Shown here one piece after another: positions 29,362 through 38,934 of a DNA stretch of 64,000 bases. Source of the stretch: a virus; IMG/VR virus record IMGVR_UViG_3300036980_001087, positions 32,943-96,942 of that record; one strand, 5' to 3'. The notes under the pieces are model-generated. The model searched no databases, was not told where the DNA came from, and saw nothing but the letters and a program-made list of their open reading frames with translations. The position numbers were made by a program, and so were the translations under genes. Position 1 is the stretch's first letter; each line of letters opens with the position of its first letter.

Positions 29362-29682
29362 ATGATCCAACTCGACTGGAAAGTCTTTGCCTGGTTTGTC
29401 TTGGCATTGGCTATCCTAAAGGGTATCATTACGGGCTTAACCAATCTGTATACCTACATTTACAAGGGAGGATATACGCTTGGTAGAAAGCAAATGGAAA
29501 GTGAAGATACAACCCAGTTACTCAAAGCAATTCAGGATGTTAAAACCGAGATGCCGGAGTCTGAACTTGCTTTAGTATTACTCTGGAGTAAACTGGTAGG
29601 AGCAGAAACAAAGAGCACTAAAGAAAAAGAAAAGGAACCAATTGGATTTGGACCAGCAAAAAAGGAGGAAAAGAATGCGTAG
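29362..29682 (+). CDS. Membrane-anchored protein ending in ...KEPIGFG
   Basis: N-terminal TM helix; overlaps AAA+ start; IGF tripeptide near C-terminus. Confidence 0.55.
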   Translation: MIQLDWKVFAWFVLALAILKGIITGLTNLYTYIYKGGYTLGRKQMESEDTTQLLKAIQDVKTEMPESELALVLLWSKLVGAETKSTKEKEKEPIGFGPAKKEEKNA

Positions 29683-30748
29683 TATTTCACACGATGAATT
29701 AAAGAGCGCGTTAAAGAAGTCTTACTTCAGTAGAGTAACAGCCTTTATATGGGGAGCTACTGGAATAGGAAAGTCAGAAACCGTAAGACAGGCTTGCCGG
29801 GAATTAGCTAAGGACCTCAAGCTTCAATATGCTGAGGGCGGAGAGCCGGAAGAGGGAAAGTTCACCGTAATAGACCAGAGGTTATCCCAGATGGACCCGT
29901 CAGATCTTAGAGGTCTGCCATATGTAACTAAAGATGGTAAGACTGGATGGGCGTATCCAAGCTGGTTACCTACTAAGGGCAAGGGAATATTACTTCTAGA
30001 TGAAGTCAATCTTGCGCCTCCTCTGGTTCAGTCTTCAGCATATCAGCTCGTATTAGATGGAAAGCTTGGAGATTATACTCTACCAGAAGGATGGGGAATA
30101 ATCGCAGCCGGTAATAGGGCTGAGGATAAAGCCTATACCTTCGAGCTTGCCGGTCCATTATGTAATAGGTTCGTGCATATGGAACTGGCTTGTCCACCTA
30201 TAGCGGACTGGACCACCTGGGCAATTGAGAACCAGGTAGATTCAAGAATAATCACCTTCTTGAATTATAAACCTCAGCATCTGTTCAAGTTCGATAGCAA
30301 ATTGAAAGAGAAAGCATTTCCTACGCCTAGATCGTGGGCGAGATATTGCTCTCCTCTAATCAAGGATGTTGTCGACAATACAGAGCTCTTAATCCTGATG
30401 GGATCAGCCATAGGAGAGGGCGTTGCTACGGAATGCGTAGCCTATCTGAAACTTACCAAGCAGATTGATCTTAAGGATATCTTAGAGCATCCTGAGAAAG
30501 CTGCCGATATCAAGGGGATTGATGTAAGATATTCCCTGGTAAGTGCCTTATCAGAACTCGTCAAGAAGGACACCAAGACCACGCTACCAAAAGTATGTAA
30601 GGTTGCGGAGCACTTCGAGGCTGAGTTTGCTATCTTACTTCTGAGATTCATCAAGGTCAATGTTCCGAAATTACTTGAGTTCATTCAGAAGGATAAGAGC
30701 GTTGCGGATGTCTACAAGAAATATATGAAGTATGTAATGGTTGAATAA
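29675..30748 (+). CDS. MoxR-like AAA+ ATPase (AAA_5 type)
   Basis: WGATGIGKS Walker A, LLLDE Walker B, AAGN, L.NRF.H, PTPRSW; start after GGAGG at 29675. Confidence 0.9.
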   Translation: MRSISHDELKSALKKSYFSRVTAFIWGATGIGKSETVRQACRELAKDLKLQYAEGGEPEEGKFTVIDQRLSQMDPSDLRGLPYVTKDGKTGWAYPSWLPTKGKGILLLDEVNLAPPLVQSSAYQLVLDGKLGDYTLPEGWGIIAAGNRAEDKAYTFELAGPLCNRFVHMELACPPIADWTTWAIENQVDSRIITFLNYKPQHLFKFDSKLKEKAFPTPRSWARYCSPLIKDVVDNTELLILMGSAIGEGVATECVAYLKLTKQIDLKDILEHPEKAADIKGIDVRYSLVSALSELVKKDTKTTLPKVCKVAEHFEAEFAILLLRFIKVNVPKLLEFIQKDKSVADVYKKYMKYVMVE

Positions 30749-30762
30749 CCTAAGGAGGTATA

Positions 30763-31959
30763 ATGAACCAAGAAGCTAAGGATAAGATAATCAAAGCGAG
30801 GGTTGCGCTTCAGAAGACACATCCTTTCTTCTCTTATCTTGCTCTTCATCTTCAGCCTACCGAGGTAGAAGCCAAAGTGGTTCCTACCTTGGGGGTTGAC
30901 AATCAAGGGAATCTTTATTATAATCCCGAGTTTGTCAATAAGATGACACAGGATGAAGTTAAGGGAGTGGTATGTCACGAGGTTATGCATATAGCCCTTG
31001 AGCATCTTAAAGGCTTAAAGGGCAAGGACGCTAAAGTTAGCAATGTTGCTCAGGATATTGTAATCAATGATATTATCCTGGAAAATCAACTTCAGCTTCC
31101 TAGGGAAGGATTACTTCCTCATAACCACGAGATAACGATCAATGGTAATATCAAGATCGTAAAGATAGACAAGAAGCCTTGGGAGCAAGTCTATCACGAA
31201 TTGGAAAAGAAACTTCCTAAGGAAAAAGTATATGGCTTTGATGAGCATATGCGAGGTAATGGAGATGGTAAAGATGATCCTAAAGATGGTAAGGGTCCAG
31301 CAGAAGGTAAAGACTGGAAGCAAATCATCAATGAGGGTTATGCTTATGCCAAGCTTCAAGGTAAGGCTCCGGCTGGAATGGATAGGTATGTAGAAGAACT
31401 CAACTATCCGAAATTAAACTGGAGGCAGATGTTACAGAAGTTCATAGTAAGAGAGATTCCATATGACTTCTGCTATACTAGACCATCTAAGCGATCTCTT
31501 GCTTGTGGTGTATTTATGCCTAGCGTTACAAGAGAGAGCCTAGAGATTGGAGTGGCACTTGATACTTCAGGTTCAATGTCACCTAAGGATCTGAAAGAGT
31601 GTCTAAGTGAAACCGTAGGAATAGTCAAGGCTTATAGCAATGTGAAACTTACGGTAGTAACTTGTGATGCTGAAGTTCACACAGTAGGAGAGGTTACTTC
31701 TGAGGAAGATGTAGCCAATCTTGAGATCAAGGGTGGTGGAGGAACTGACTTCATCCCAGTCTTTAAGTGGGTAGAAGAGAATAAGCCACAGATGAGACTG
31801 CTGATATTCTTCACGGATGGGTTTGGTTCTTTCCCTAATGATGCTCCACAGGTCAAGACACTCTGGTGTATTACACAGGGTGGACTGGAGCTAGACAAAA
31901 TACCCTTCGGAGAAAGGGTTAATCTAGACTTTAGAGATAAAGAAGAGGAGCAAGAATGA
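30763..31959 (+). CDS. DUF2201-type metallopeptidase (HExxH) + VWA domain protein
   Basis: HPFF..L, CHEVMH, MIDAS DTSGS, GGGGTDF, FTDG. Confidence 0.9.
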   Translation: MNQEAKDKIIKARVALQKTHPFFSYLALHLQPTEVEAKVVPTLGVDNQGNLYYNPEFVNKMTQDEVKGVVCHEVMHIALEHLKGLKGKDAKVSNVAQDIVINDIILENQLQLPREGLLPHNHEITINGNIKIVKIDKKPWEQVYHELEKKLPKEKVYGFDEHMRGNGDGKDDPKDGKGPAEGKDWKQIINEGYAYAKLQGKAPAGMDRYVEELNYPKLNWRQMLQKFIVREIPYDFCYTRPSKRSLACGVFMPSVTRESLEIGVALDTSGSMSPKDLKECLSETVGIVKAYSNVKLTVVTCDAEVHTVGEVTSEEDVANLEIKGGGGTDFIPVFKWVEENKPQMRLLIFFTDGFGSFPNDAPQVKTLWCITQGGLELDKIPFGERVNLDFRDKEEEQE

Positions 31960-33021
31960 ATAATGAATTGGGAGTATTCCTAAAGATGGGGCATTACTAT
32001 CGATGGATTTACTCCCCTAATGCCGTATTCCAAGCAAAACTATGCACCTTTTGTAATGGCAAGAATGTTACAAATTATAATAAGTGCATATTTGCGGGGA
32101 AGGGTGAGATAAGAGTACTGGGGATGACTGGATGTCTTGATCAAAGCCACTCCCTAGTAGAGATCACAGAACAAGAGTATGAAGCTAGAAGGCTAGCAAA
32201 AGCCGTGGAGGAACTGTGAAAGAACATATTATGGAGAACGGAGACTTAGCAACTGTAAATAGGTGGCACTTACAATTACAAGATTGTATAGTTAAGATTG
32301 TTGACTGTACAATGCCAGCTAATATCCTAGTTAGGGTAATGGTTCCTAAAGATGATGATACCTGGTATGCTAGGTTTCCAACTTGGTATGTACACTTTGA
32401 TGCTCTGGAAGTAATATCCGATCCTAGAAAAGTAGACCAACTTGAGGCAGAGATTTGCTTCAAGAACCTTTAAGGAGGAAGGATGAAACAAAATAACAAA
32501 GAACCAATGTTTGATGAGAACGAAGCCTATGTCAGAGAAAGGGATGGCAAAAGGCTTATCTTGGTAGTGCGTAAGTGTGACCAATGTCCTCCTGAAATGA
32601 CCTGTGATTATTGTAGGCAGATGTTGGTAGACGCACAGACCAAAGAAAAGTTTCCGGAATGTGTCTATCGTGAGAGAAAGTTATCTCTAGATGGATATAG
32701 AACTTGTCCGGCTAGTGAAATAGGGGCTCTAATCTTGGAGAATCTATGAAATATGTTGACCAAATCTGCATAACTAGAGGAGGTAAAGGTACACTTAAGT
32801 CTGGAATACGTAGGGAAGTCTGGAAAGTATACTTAGGAGGAGAGGGGGAACATCCTTATTGTGTAACCTTTCTTGGCTGGTATTCTTCTAGGGATGGTTT
32901 TATTTCCTATACGGGTAGAATTCCATATAAAAGAGGATTTCGTTCCGCTGAGGAAATTAAGAAAAGAGTAAGGTTAGCATCTAAACAAGAAAAACTAACA
33001 ATAGAATTAGCACACTACTAA
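31956..33021 (+). CDS. Four small tagged proteins (31956-32219, 32216-32473, 32483-32749, 32746-33021)
   Basis: First overlaps the VWA gene stop; ends ITEQEYEARRLAKAVEEL, EAEICFKNL, GALILENL, ASKQEKLTIELAHY. Confidence 0.6.
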
Positions 33022-33035
33022 GGAGGTGATTAGTT

Positions 33036-33875
33036 ATGAGAGTAGACCAGAAAGAAATAAAGAAGTATCAAGCCTTGAATAGAAAGCTTAATACTTTCTG
33101 CTTGTTACAAAACGAGTTACAATTCAAGAATACCTATGATCCTAAGTTTAAGAATATACTTATGTGTTCAGCCTCTAAGCTGGTAGGATGTGAGGCTAAG
33201 ATCAAGATCAATCCTAGGGTTGAAGGCGAATCTAGGTATAATAGTAAGGAGTATGTTCTTACACGGCAAGGAATTAAAGAGAGCTTTGGTTATAATGGTG
33301 ACTTTAAGGCTAGGTTCATTCAATACTCTGGCTGGATTGCGGACTATGTCAGCGAGTATGAAGTTACAGCTGGTTTAGTCAAGCTACTCCAGAGTAAAGA
33401 GTGTCAAAGTCCAGAGGCACTTAGACTACATCTTCAAGCAAGAGAAGACATTAGTAAACTTGGTATTGAAGATGAAAACTATGCAGTTCACGTTCAGTCT
33501 AATAAGGTCTTTAGTGTATTTGGAAATATAGAAGCAGGGGAACAAGACAAAGAGGACAAGACCACTGAACTAATATTAACTACAAGTAGTGGCTGGTCTT
33601 CTAAAGCTCTTTCTCTCTGCACTCCTGGCTCAGTTAGTCTTTCCAAAAATATGTATCGTGGAAAGAGTTATGATGGAAATGTTATTCTGGGATTGTCCAG
33701 TATGGCAACTTTCATAGAGTTCCTTAGGATTTCTGAAGAGCCTACTTATACCCAGATAATGGACTTGCTTCAGGAACATATTACCAAGTGTCAGGCTCAC
33801 ATAAAAGCGAAGCAGGCTGCCTTAGATGTAGTTACAAATAAGTATGGGCAGTATTTGGTATTCAAAGAGTTATAA
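33036..33875 (+). CDS. Hypothetical protein, paralog of 35277-36152
   Basis: Shared YD.KF..I..C...KLVGC, RISE..TY, LDVV..KYG..L..KEL. Confidence 0.65.
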   Translation: MRVDQKEIKKYQALNRKLNTFCLLQNELQFKNTYDPKFKNILMCSASKLVGCEAKIKINPRVEGESRYNSKEYVLTRQGIKESFGYNGDFKARFIQYSGWIADYVSEYEVTAGLVKLLQSKECQSPEALRLHLQAREDISKLGIEDENYAVHVQSNKVFSVFGNIEAGEQDKEDKTTELILTTSSGWSSKALSLCTPGSVSLSKNMYRGKSYDGNVILGLSSMATFIEFLRISEEPTYTQIMDLLQEHITKCQAHIKAKQAALDVVTNKYGQYLVFKEL

Positions 33876-33890
33876 AAGAAAGGAGGACTA

Positions 33891-34169
33891 ATGATGTTCG
33901 GATTAAATGTAACAATATTTAAATGGGAAAAATATACTCAACTACAAAAAGACGGAACTATAAAGGAGAAATTCTGGAAAGGCAACTGTTCTAACTGTAA
34001 AAAGCAAATACCTAGTGGAGTAATGATAGTAACCCAAGCCTATGGCAACCGGTTTGGTGGTGGTATCCATAAGTATTGTCCTACTTGTTCTGAGGCTGGG
34101 ATAAAAGAACTTAAGGAAGCTACCAAGAACATAAAATTCCGAGCCAAGATAGGCTGGGATAACTTTTAA
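33891..34169 (+). CDS. PARP-like Zn-finger small protein
   Basis: CSNCKKQI..G...YCPTC. Confidence 0.5.
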   Translation: MMFGLNVTIFKWEKYTQLQKDGTIKEKFWKGNCSNCKKQIPSGVMIVTQAYGNRFGGGIHKYCPTCSEAGIKELKEATKNIKFRAKIGWDNF

Positions 34170-34185
34170 CTAAAGGAGGCTAGTA

Positions 34186-34473
34186 ATGAAAAGACCAGCA
34201 AAAGTAACGCTTCAAAGAGCAGTCAAGTTATTAAGGGCTACCAATGGAACAGTCTTCCGTGCCACATTCGTGAAGAGAACAGACGGCACCGTAAGAAACT
34301 TGGTAGGCAGGCTTGATGTGACCAAGGGCATCACAGGTAAGGGAATGGCGTATGACCCTTTCGATAAAGGACTTATGACAGTCTACGACTTCCAGAAGAA
34401 AGGGTTCAGGATGGTGAATCTCGAATCCTTAACAGAGATCTGTGTGAAAGGACATACCTATGCGATTAAGTAA
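34186..34473 (+). CDS. WYL_2 / SH3 beta-barrel protein
   Basis: FRATFVKRTDGTVR.L..RL...VYDFQKKGFRMVN. Confidence 0.75.
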   Translation: MKRPAKVTLQRAVKLLRATNGTVFRATFVKRTDGTVRNLVGRLDVTKGITGKGMAYDPFDKGLMTVYDFQKKGFRMVNLESLTEICVKGHTYAIK

Positions 34474-35280
34474 GTATTACACTCAAGATGGGGGAAATGT
34501 GTATACAATTAGAAAAATGAAAGGACCAGGTCTTAAGAATTGGAGAGTTACTTATAAGGGTAGGTTCTTTAAAAATGGGGAAGAGTTTGATACGGGCCTT
34601 GATGGTCCACATTATGACTATTATAACTTTGCGGATATTCGAAAGCACCTATATCCCATTACTAAAAAACAACTTATGATTTTAGTATTAAAACACTACT
34701 AAGGAGGCATTATGGAACAAGACTTGATTCTAGGATTCAAAGAACTTAGACGCAAGATCTGGGAAGGAATGTCAATAACAGAACTGTACCAAGTAAAGAA
34801 TAGCAGGCTGGAGATGCTTGATTCAGGTATGCATATCGATAAAAAAGATTTGGAAGAGATTAACAGGGAGTTAAGAAAGAGAGGGGAAAATGTCTGAACC
34901 ATATGCTAGAACCAAGATACCAATTGAGACCTTGATGGACGAAGCTTATGCTTGGTGGGAAAGTAAACTAGACCACGAGAAACAAAATATGTATTTAGAG
35001 TTGTATATGAAAGCGAAGAATATAGGACCAGAAGAAGTTCAATACTAAGGAGGTTAAGATGGCAAAGAGTACCAAGTTCAAGAAAGGTGAGTACGCGATT
35101 CAGATCAATGCCCCTATGGATAACTGCTTGGTAAAGATTCTAGACACACCTCGAGATGGGGCCGTGTGGCATGAGCACCTAAATAGTAATAGGCCAGATA
35201 CCGGGATCGTGAATGAGAAGTTCATTAGGCGAGCTACCAAGAAAGAAATTCTAATCCACGCCGTAAGAAAGGAGTATTGA
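34460..35280 (+). CDS. Four small proteins (34460-34702, 34712-34897, 34890-35048, 35059-35280), three with Tyr-terminal tag
   Basis: Ends ITKKQLMILVLKHY, GPEEVQY, ATKKEILIHAVRKEY. Confidence 0.6.
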
Positions 35281-36152
35281 TGATATTTCCAAGAGAAGAA
35301 AAGTTGAAGTATGAGAAGCTTCAGCGCTTGCTGGATAATCTTAAGGAGACCTGTAAGAAGTTGGAGATAAGTACCTACTATGATGAGAAGTTTATTACCA
35401 TAATCAAATGTGCATCTCAGAAGTTAGTCGGATGTACCGACGAGTTGCCCATAATGGTGGACTCTAGCAATCCTAAGGGGGTATACCAACTTAGAAGAAA
35501 GGGTCTAGTAATTCAGTTCGGATATTCAGGAGATCGTTATAAAATACCTGATTACAATTACTTATCAAAGATTATTATAGGCCCACATTCTGAGAGAGAA
35601 GATAATCGGGGATTCTTTAAGAAGTTTAGTACTGCACTACAAAGTCTCCAATCTCGGGCCCAGAATCCAGCTGGAGTTGGGATCCTCCTACAAGCGCTAC
35701 AAGATATCAAGGCTACCAAGTTCTATAAAAATACTGATGGTTGGTCATCTAATACTTCAGATCTAGCAATCGAAGGCAGTAGGCCCTTGGTAGTTCCTCT
35801 AGAAATACAAGCGTCTGAAGAAATTGAAGAAGAAAGAGAACGTGACTTTTATGATGATGCATCTTTAACCTGTTCAGTATCAGCTAGTAAGGTACTAGTT
35901 AACTTAAAGTATGATGAGTTGGAGCTTAAGTTTCTGAATGCTGGTACAAAGAAAGAGGAAGGATTCATAATAAAAGAAAGGATATGTTTATCTGATTATA
36001 TTCGGATCTCTGAACCGGCAACGTATGACTACATTACCAAGTTGATTCTTGATCTGACTGCTCAGGTAAACGCAAAGGTATCTAAAGAAGCTGCACATCT
36101 AGACGTGGTCCTGGAAAAGTATGGGCACTTCTTATGCTACAAAGAACTCTAG
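35277..36152 (+). CDS. Hypothetical protein, paralog of 33036-33875
   Basis: See paralog; ends KYGHFLCYKEL. Confidence 0.65.
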   Translation: MMIFPREEKLKYEKLQRLLDNLKETCKKLEISTYYDEKFITIIKCASQKLVGCTDELPIMVDSSNPKGVYQLRRKGLVIQFGYSGDRYKIPDYNYLSKIIIGPHSEREDNRGFFKKFSTALQSLQSRAQNPAGVGILLQALQDIKATKFYKNTDGWSSNTSDLAIEGSRPLVVPLEIQASEEIEEERERDFYDDASLTCSVSASKVLVNLKYDELELKFLNAGTKKEEGFIIKERICLSDYIRISEPATYDYITKLILDLTAQVNAKVSKEAAHLDVVLEKYGHFLCYKEL

Positions 36153-36164
36153 AGAGGAGGATAT

Positions 36165-36437
36165 GTGAAAGCGAGCACGTATGAGGTAGGAGATGTAGTG
36201 GCTTTTAAAAGGGGAAAAGTAGTAAAAATATTAAGGGTTTCTAAAGTCTATCCTTGTGATGGAGAATGCGCGATAAGGGGTCAAAGGGAAGACGCCTGTA
36301 GACATTGTGATAAAAATTTCTACACAGGGATAATCCTAGCGGGGAAGGAGGGGACGCATAAAGGGAATCAAAGAAACTTAGCTGGATGTTTCACAAGTAA
36401 GCTGACGGAGGAAGAGTCGTTATACTATTCTTTTTAG
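36165..36437 (+). CDS. SH3-like Cys-insert small protein, tag LTEEESLYYSF
   Basis: YEVGDVV..., C-x3-C...CRHC; GAGGAGG RBS, GTG start. Confidence 0.6.
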   Translation: MKASTYEVGDVVAFKRGKVVKILRVSKVYPCDGECAIRGQREDACRHCDKNFYTGIILAGKEGTHKGNQRNLAGCFTSKLTEEESLYYSF

Positions 36438-36473
36438 TACATATATCACACTATATAAAAGAATATAAGACAC

Positions 36474-36590
36474 AAGTACTTTATATTTATAAAGTACTTA
36501 ATAAGTACTATATATTCCCCGGAGGGGCCCCTAAGATATATTATATACCAAATTTAGGGTATATGTAAGTACCAAGTAAAAATACTTGGT
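36474..36590. promoter_or_regulatory. Palindromic AT-rich control island with leftward (antisense) promoter
   Basis: AAGTACTTTAT-N4-ATAAAGTACTT (36474-99), ACCAAGTA-N4-TACTTGGT (36571-90), minus-strand TTACAT-N17-TATAAT. Confidence 0.5.
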
Positions 36591-36627
36591 TCCGAGCCCA
36601 TGCGGCGCGAGTAAAGGAGGTTACATA

Positions 36628-36981
36628 ATGAGTAAAGCTGTACGTAAGAATGCTAAGTGGTACTTGGTAGATATCCCTGAGGACATGGTCCTTACGCCGG
36701 ATCTACCGCGGAGACAACGGGCCTTCAGAGGCAGGCGTTGTAATAAGTGTGGAGTCCCAATCATTGCAGGTGAAGAGCACTTGGCTATGTTCTTTAAGAC
36801 TGATCGCTTCTTCATGATGCGCCATAACCTATGTTGTATCTGTGGGTTAGAGCAATTAAAGGAGAATGCCATAAGGGCGCAGGCACTATATACCTATGTT
36901 ACAGAACAGATCAAATCTGTAACTAAGTATATCAAAATAAAGAACTTAGAGTTAAAACGTGATGTACACAACCACATCTAG
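36628..36981 (+). CDS. Zn-finger hypothetical protein
   Basis: CNKCG.PI..GE...CCIC; GGAGG before MSKAVRK. Confidence 0.6.
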   Translation: MSKAVRKNAKWYLVDIPEDMVLTPDLPRRQRAFRGRRCNKCGVPIIAGEEHLAMFFKTDRFFMMRHNLCCICGLEQLKENAIRAQALYTYVTEQIKSVTKYIKIKNLELKRDVHNHI

Positions 36982-37170
36982 GGCCCCAAGGAGGCGCGAT
37001 TCTGCAGCGGCTGAGGTAAGAGTAGGGTCCTACCAAGAACGTACACCAGGGACCCGGGATCCTGCAGGCAAAGGGCCCTTTTACAGGGAGGTGCCAAGTG
37101 AGGAAATGAGCATCAATAATATTGGAGCAATAGGAATTAAGCTTAAATACTGCATTCTAGATAAGAATTT

Positions 37171-37213
37171 ACTTGACAAATTACAAATTATATGTTATAC
37201 TTAACAAAAGGAG
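37171..37213 (+). promoter_or_regulatory. Early sigma70 promoter (duplicate of 39812-39854)
   Basis: TTGACA-N17-TATACT, extended -10 TG; 38/43 identical to second copy. Confidence 0.8.
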
Positions 37214-37219
37214 TTTAAT

Positions 37220-37447
37220 ATGGCAAAAGGAAGACATAAACTTTGTGGTCAGATAAGAGGTTCAAAGCTGGAATTCGTTAGTACTTTAGGAACTCACTTT
37301 GATAATAACTGTATTGAGCTTACTATTAATGATGAGCCCTACAGGCTGGACGTAGAAGAGCTTCTACCCATCCTAAAGCGCTGTACCTTCGACGCCGAGA
37401 CTGCTCGGGTCCATACGTACTTAAGTAACCCAAAATTAAGGAGGTAA
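37220..37447 (+). CDS. Hypothetical protein
   Basis: First gene after promoter, AAGGAG RBS. Confidence 0.55.
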   Translation: MAKGRHKLCGQIRGSKLEFVSTLGTHFDNNCIELTINDEPYRLDVEELLPILKRCTFDAETARVHTYLSNPKLRR

Positions 37448-37448
37448 T

Positions 37449-38021
37449 ATGTTGGTAAGTAGAGGGAATCACAAACTTGGTACTGATACTTTGATCCTAA
37501 ATATAACTAGCGCAATGGATTGCATGTCCCGGAAGCTTGGCCTTTGTAAGATAGGGACCAAGTGCTATGCCATGAAGGCCGAGCGCATGTACAAAGCAGT
37601 CCTGCCTTACAGGCGTAGACAGACCGAGTACTGGGACCAGAACCATCCGGCCACGATTGCAATGGATCTCTGGGGGGAGATTCATAAGGGTACTACCAAG
37701 TCCAGAATTAAGTACATCCGGATCTCAGAAGCAGGAGACTTCAGGAGCCAAGCAGATGTGGACAAGTTGATAAAAATAGCAGAAATACTTGGTGCTCTTG
37801 ATGTTACGTTATACGGATACACGGCCCGTAGAGACCTGGCCTTTGGTAAGTGCCCGAGCAACCTGATCATGAATGGTTCGGGATTTATGATTCACAATAG
37901 CTTCACGGCCGTACCTAAAGCTAGTCTAGCCCAGCACAAGGTTACGTGCGCGGGGAACTGCCGGGGATGCAACCTTTGTAAGATCCGCGGTAAACTGGCC
38001 ATCAAAGTGGGGATACATTAA
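37449..38021 (+). CDS. GP88-like protein (radical-SAM-like Cys cluster)
   Basis: GNHKLG, C-x6-C-x5-CYA, IRISEAGDF, YGYT, C-x3-C-x2-C-x2-C. Confidence 0.7.
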   Translation: MLVSRGNHKLGTDTLILNITSAMDCMSRKLGLCKIGTKCYAMKAERMYKAVLPYRRRQTEYWDQNHPATIAMDLWGEIHKGTTKSRIKYIRISEAGDFRSQADVDKLIKIAEILGALDVTLYGYTARRDLAFGKCPSNLIMNGSGFMIHNSFTAVPKASLAQHKVTCAGNCRGCNLCKIRGKLAIKVGIH

Positions 38022-38839
38022 TGGCTACTAAAAAACGTAAAGATATGTGGGAGCCCATTAAAGGGTGGGTCATATGTAGAGGCCACTTAACTTGTAATTC
38101 CAGAGGCAGGTGTAAACATATGAAACTGCATAAATGGGTAAAGAGTGAGCCAAAGGATCCCAATGCAAAGGGTTGTTACTGTAGTCCCAATCCTAATCAT
38201 GCAAACTCCTGCAACTGTGTGCCCATGACTAAGGAGCAACTGCTATTGGAGGCCTATTAATGGCTAAAATCTGTCCAAGGTATAAGTACTGTCCTAAAAA
38301 GTTTAGTGCTAGATGTGGTTGTAGTGTGGTCCATAAATGGAATTGTGAGGAAGATGAATGTGATCACTACCTCAAATTGAAGATAGTATGTCGTGAAGCT
38401 ACACCAGAAGAAGTAATGTTAAGTGACTTTTAATAGGAGGAATAATGGACCTAAGGATTTGCCCTAGTGCGCTAAGAGGAACCTGTAAATCTGAGTACTG
38501 TCCCCATAAGGCCCTTCATAAAGAGGTAGAGTCCTTCACTACATGGGAGAAGTGTAATTATGAGGGGAAGATGTCCTATGGTTGTCCTGCTTGTAAATAT
38601 TTAAAGGACTTACCTAAGAAAACCAGATTAAAGTTAATAGTCAAGGAGTATTAATGGAAAAACTAATCTGTCCACGCGCTGGAACTTGTTGTGATGATGC
38701 TCTCTGTAAGCATAAGCGGCCACATATACCTAATGATTATTGTAATGCTACCACCCATGTCTGTACATATAACTGCTGTGAAGCTACTCCTGAATTACTG
38801 GAGAAGATAGAAGCAGAGAAGATAGTAACTAATTTCTAA
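38021..38839 (+). CDS. Four tandem Cys/His-rich paralogs (38021-38260, 38260-38433, 38445-38654, 38654-38839) with C-terminal tag
   Basis: IC-x5-7-C-x-C-x-H-x3-H pattern; ends MTKEQLLLEAY, ATPEEVMLSDF, RLKLIVKEY, EAEKIVTNF. Confidence 0.65.
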
Positions 38840-38934
38840 ATAATTATTAAGCACTTTGAGAAAGGTGCGTTAGCAGAGAACGGAAGGAGAATTTATATGT
38901 TCACCTCAATTATTATCTTATTTGCCTTAATTAC

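Noticed and set aside
36586-36612. GGTTCCGAGCCC resembling a tRNA T-arm
   Set aside because: No cloverleaf, D-arm or acceptor stem; upstream sequence is AT-rich palindromes.
36959-37204. 81-aa ORF as a gene
   Set aside because: No RBS, runs through palindromic GC cluster and the 37171 promoter.
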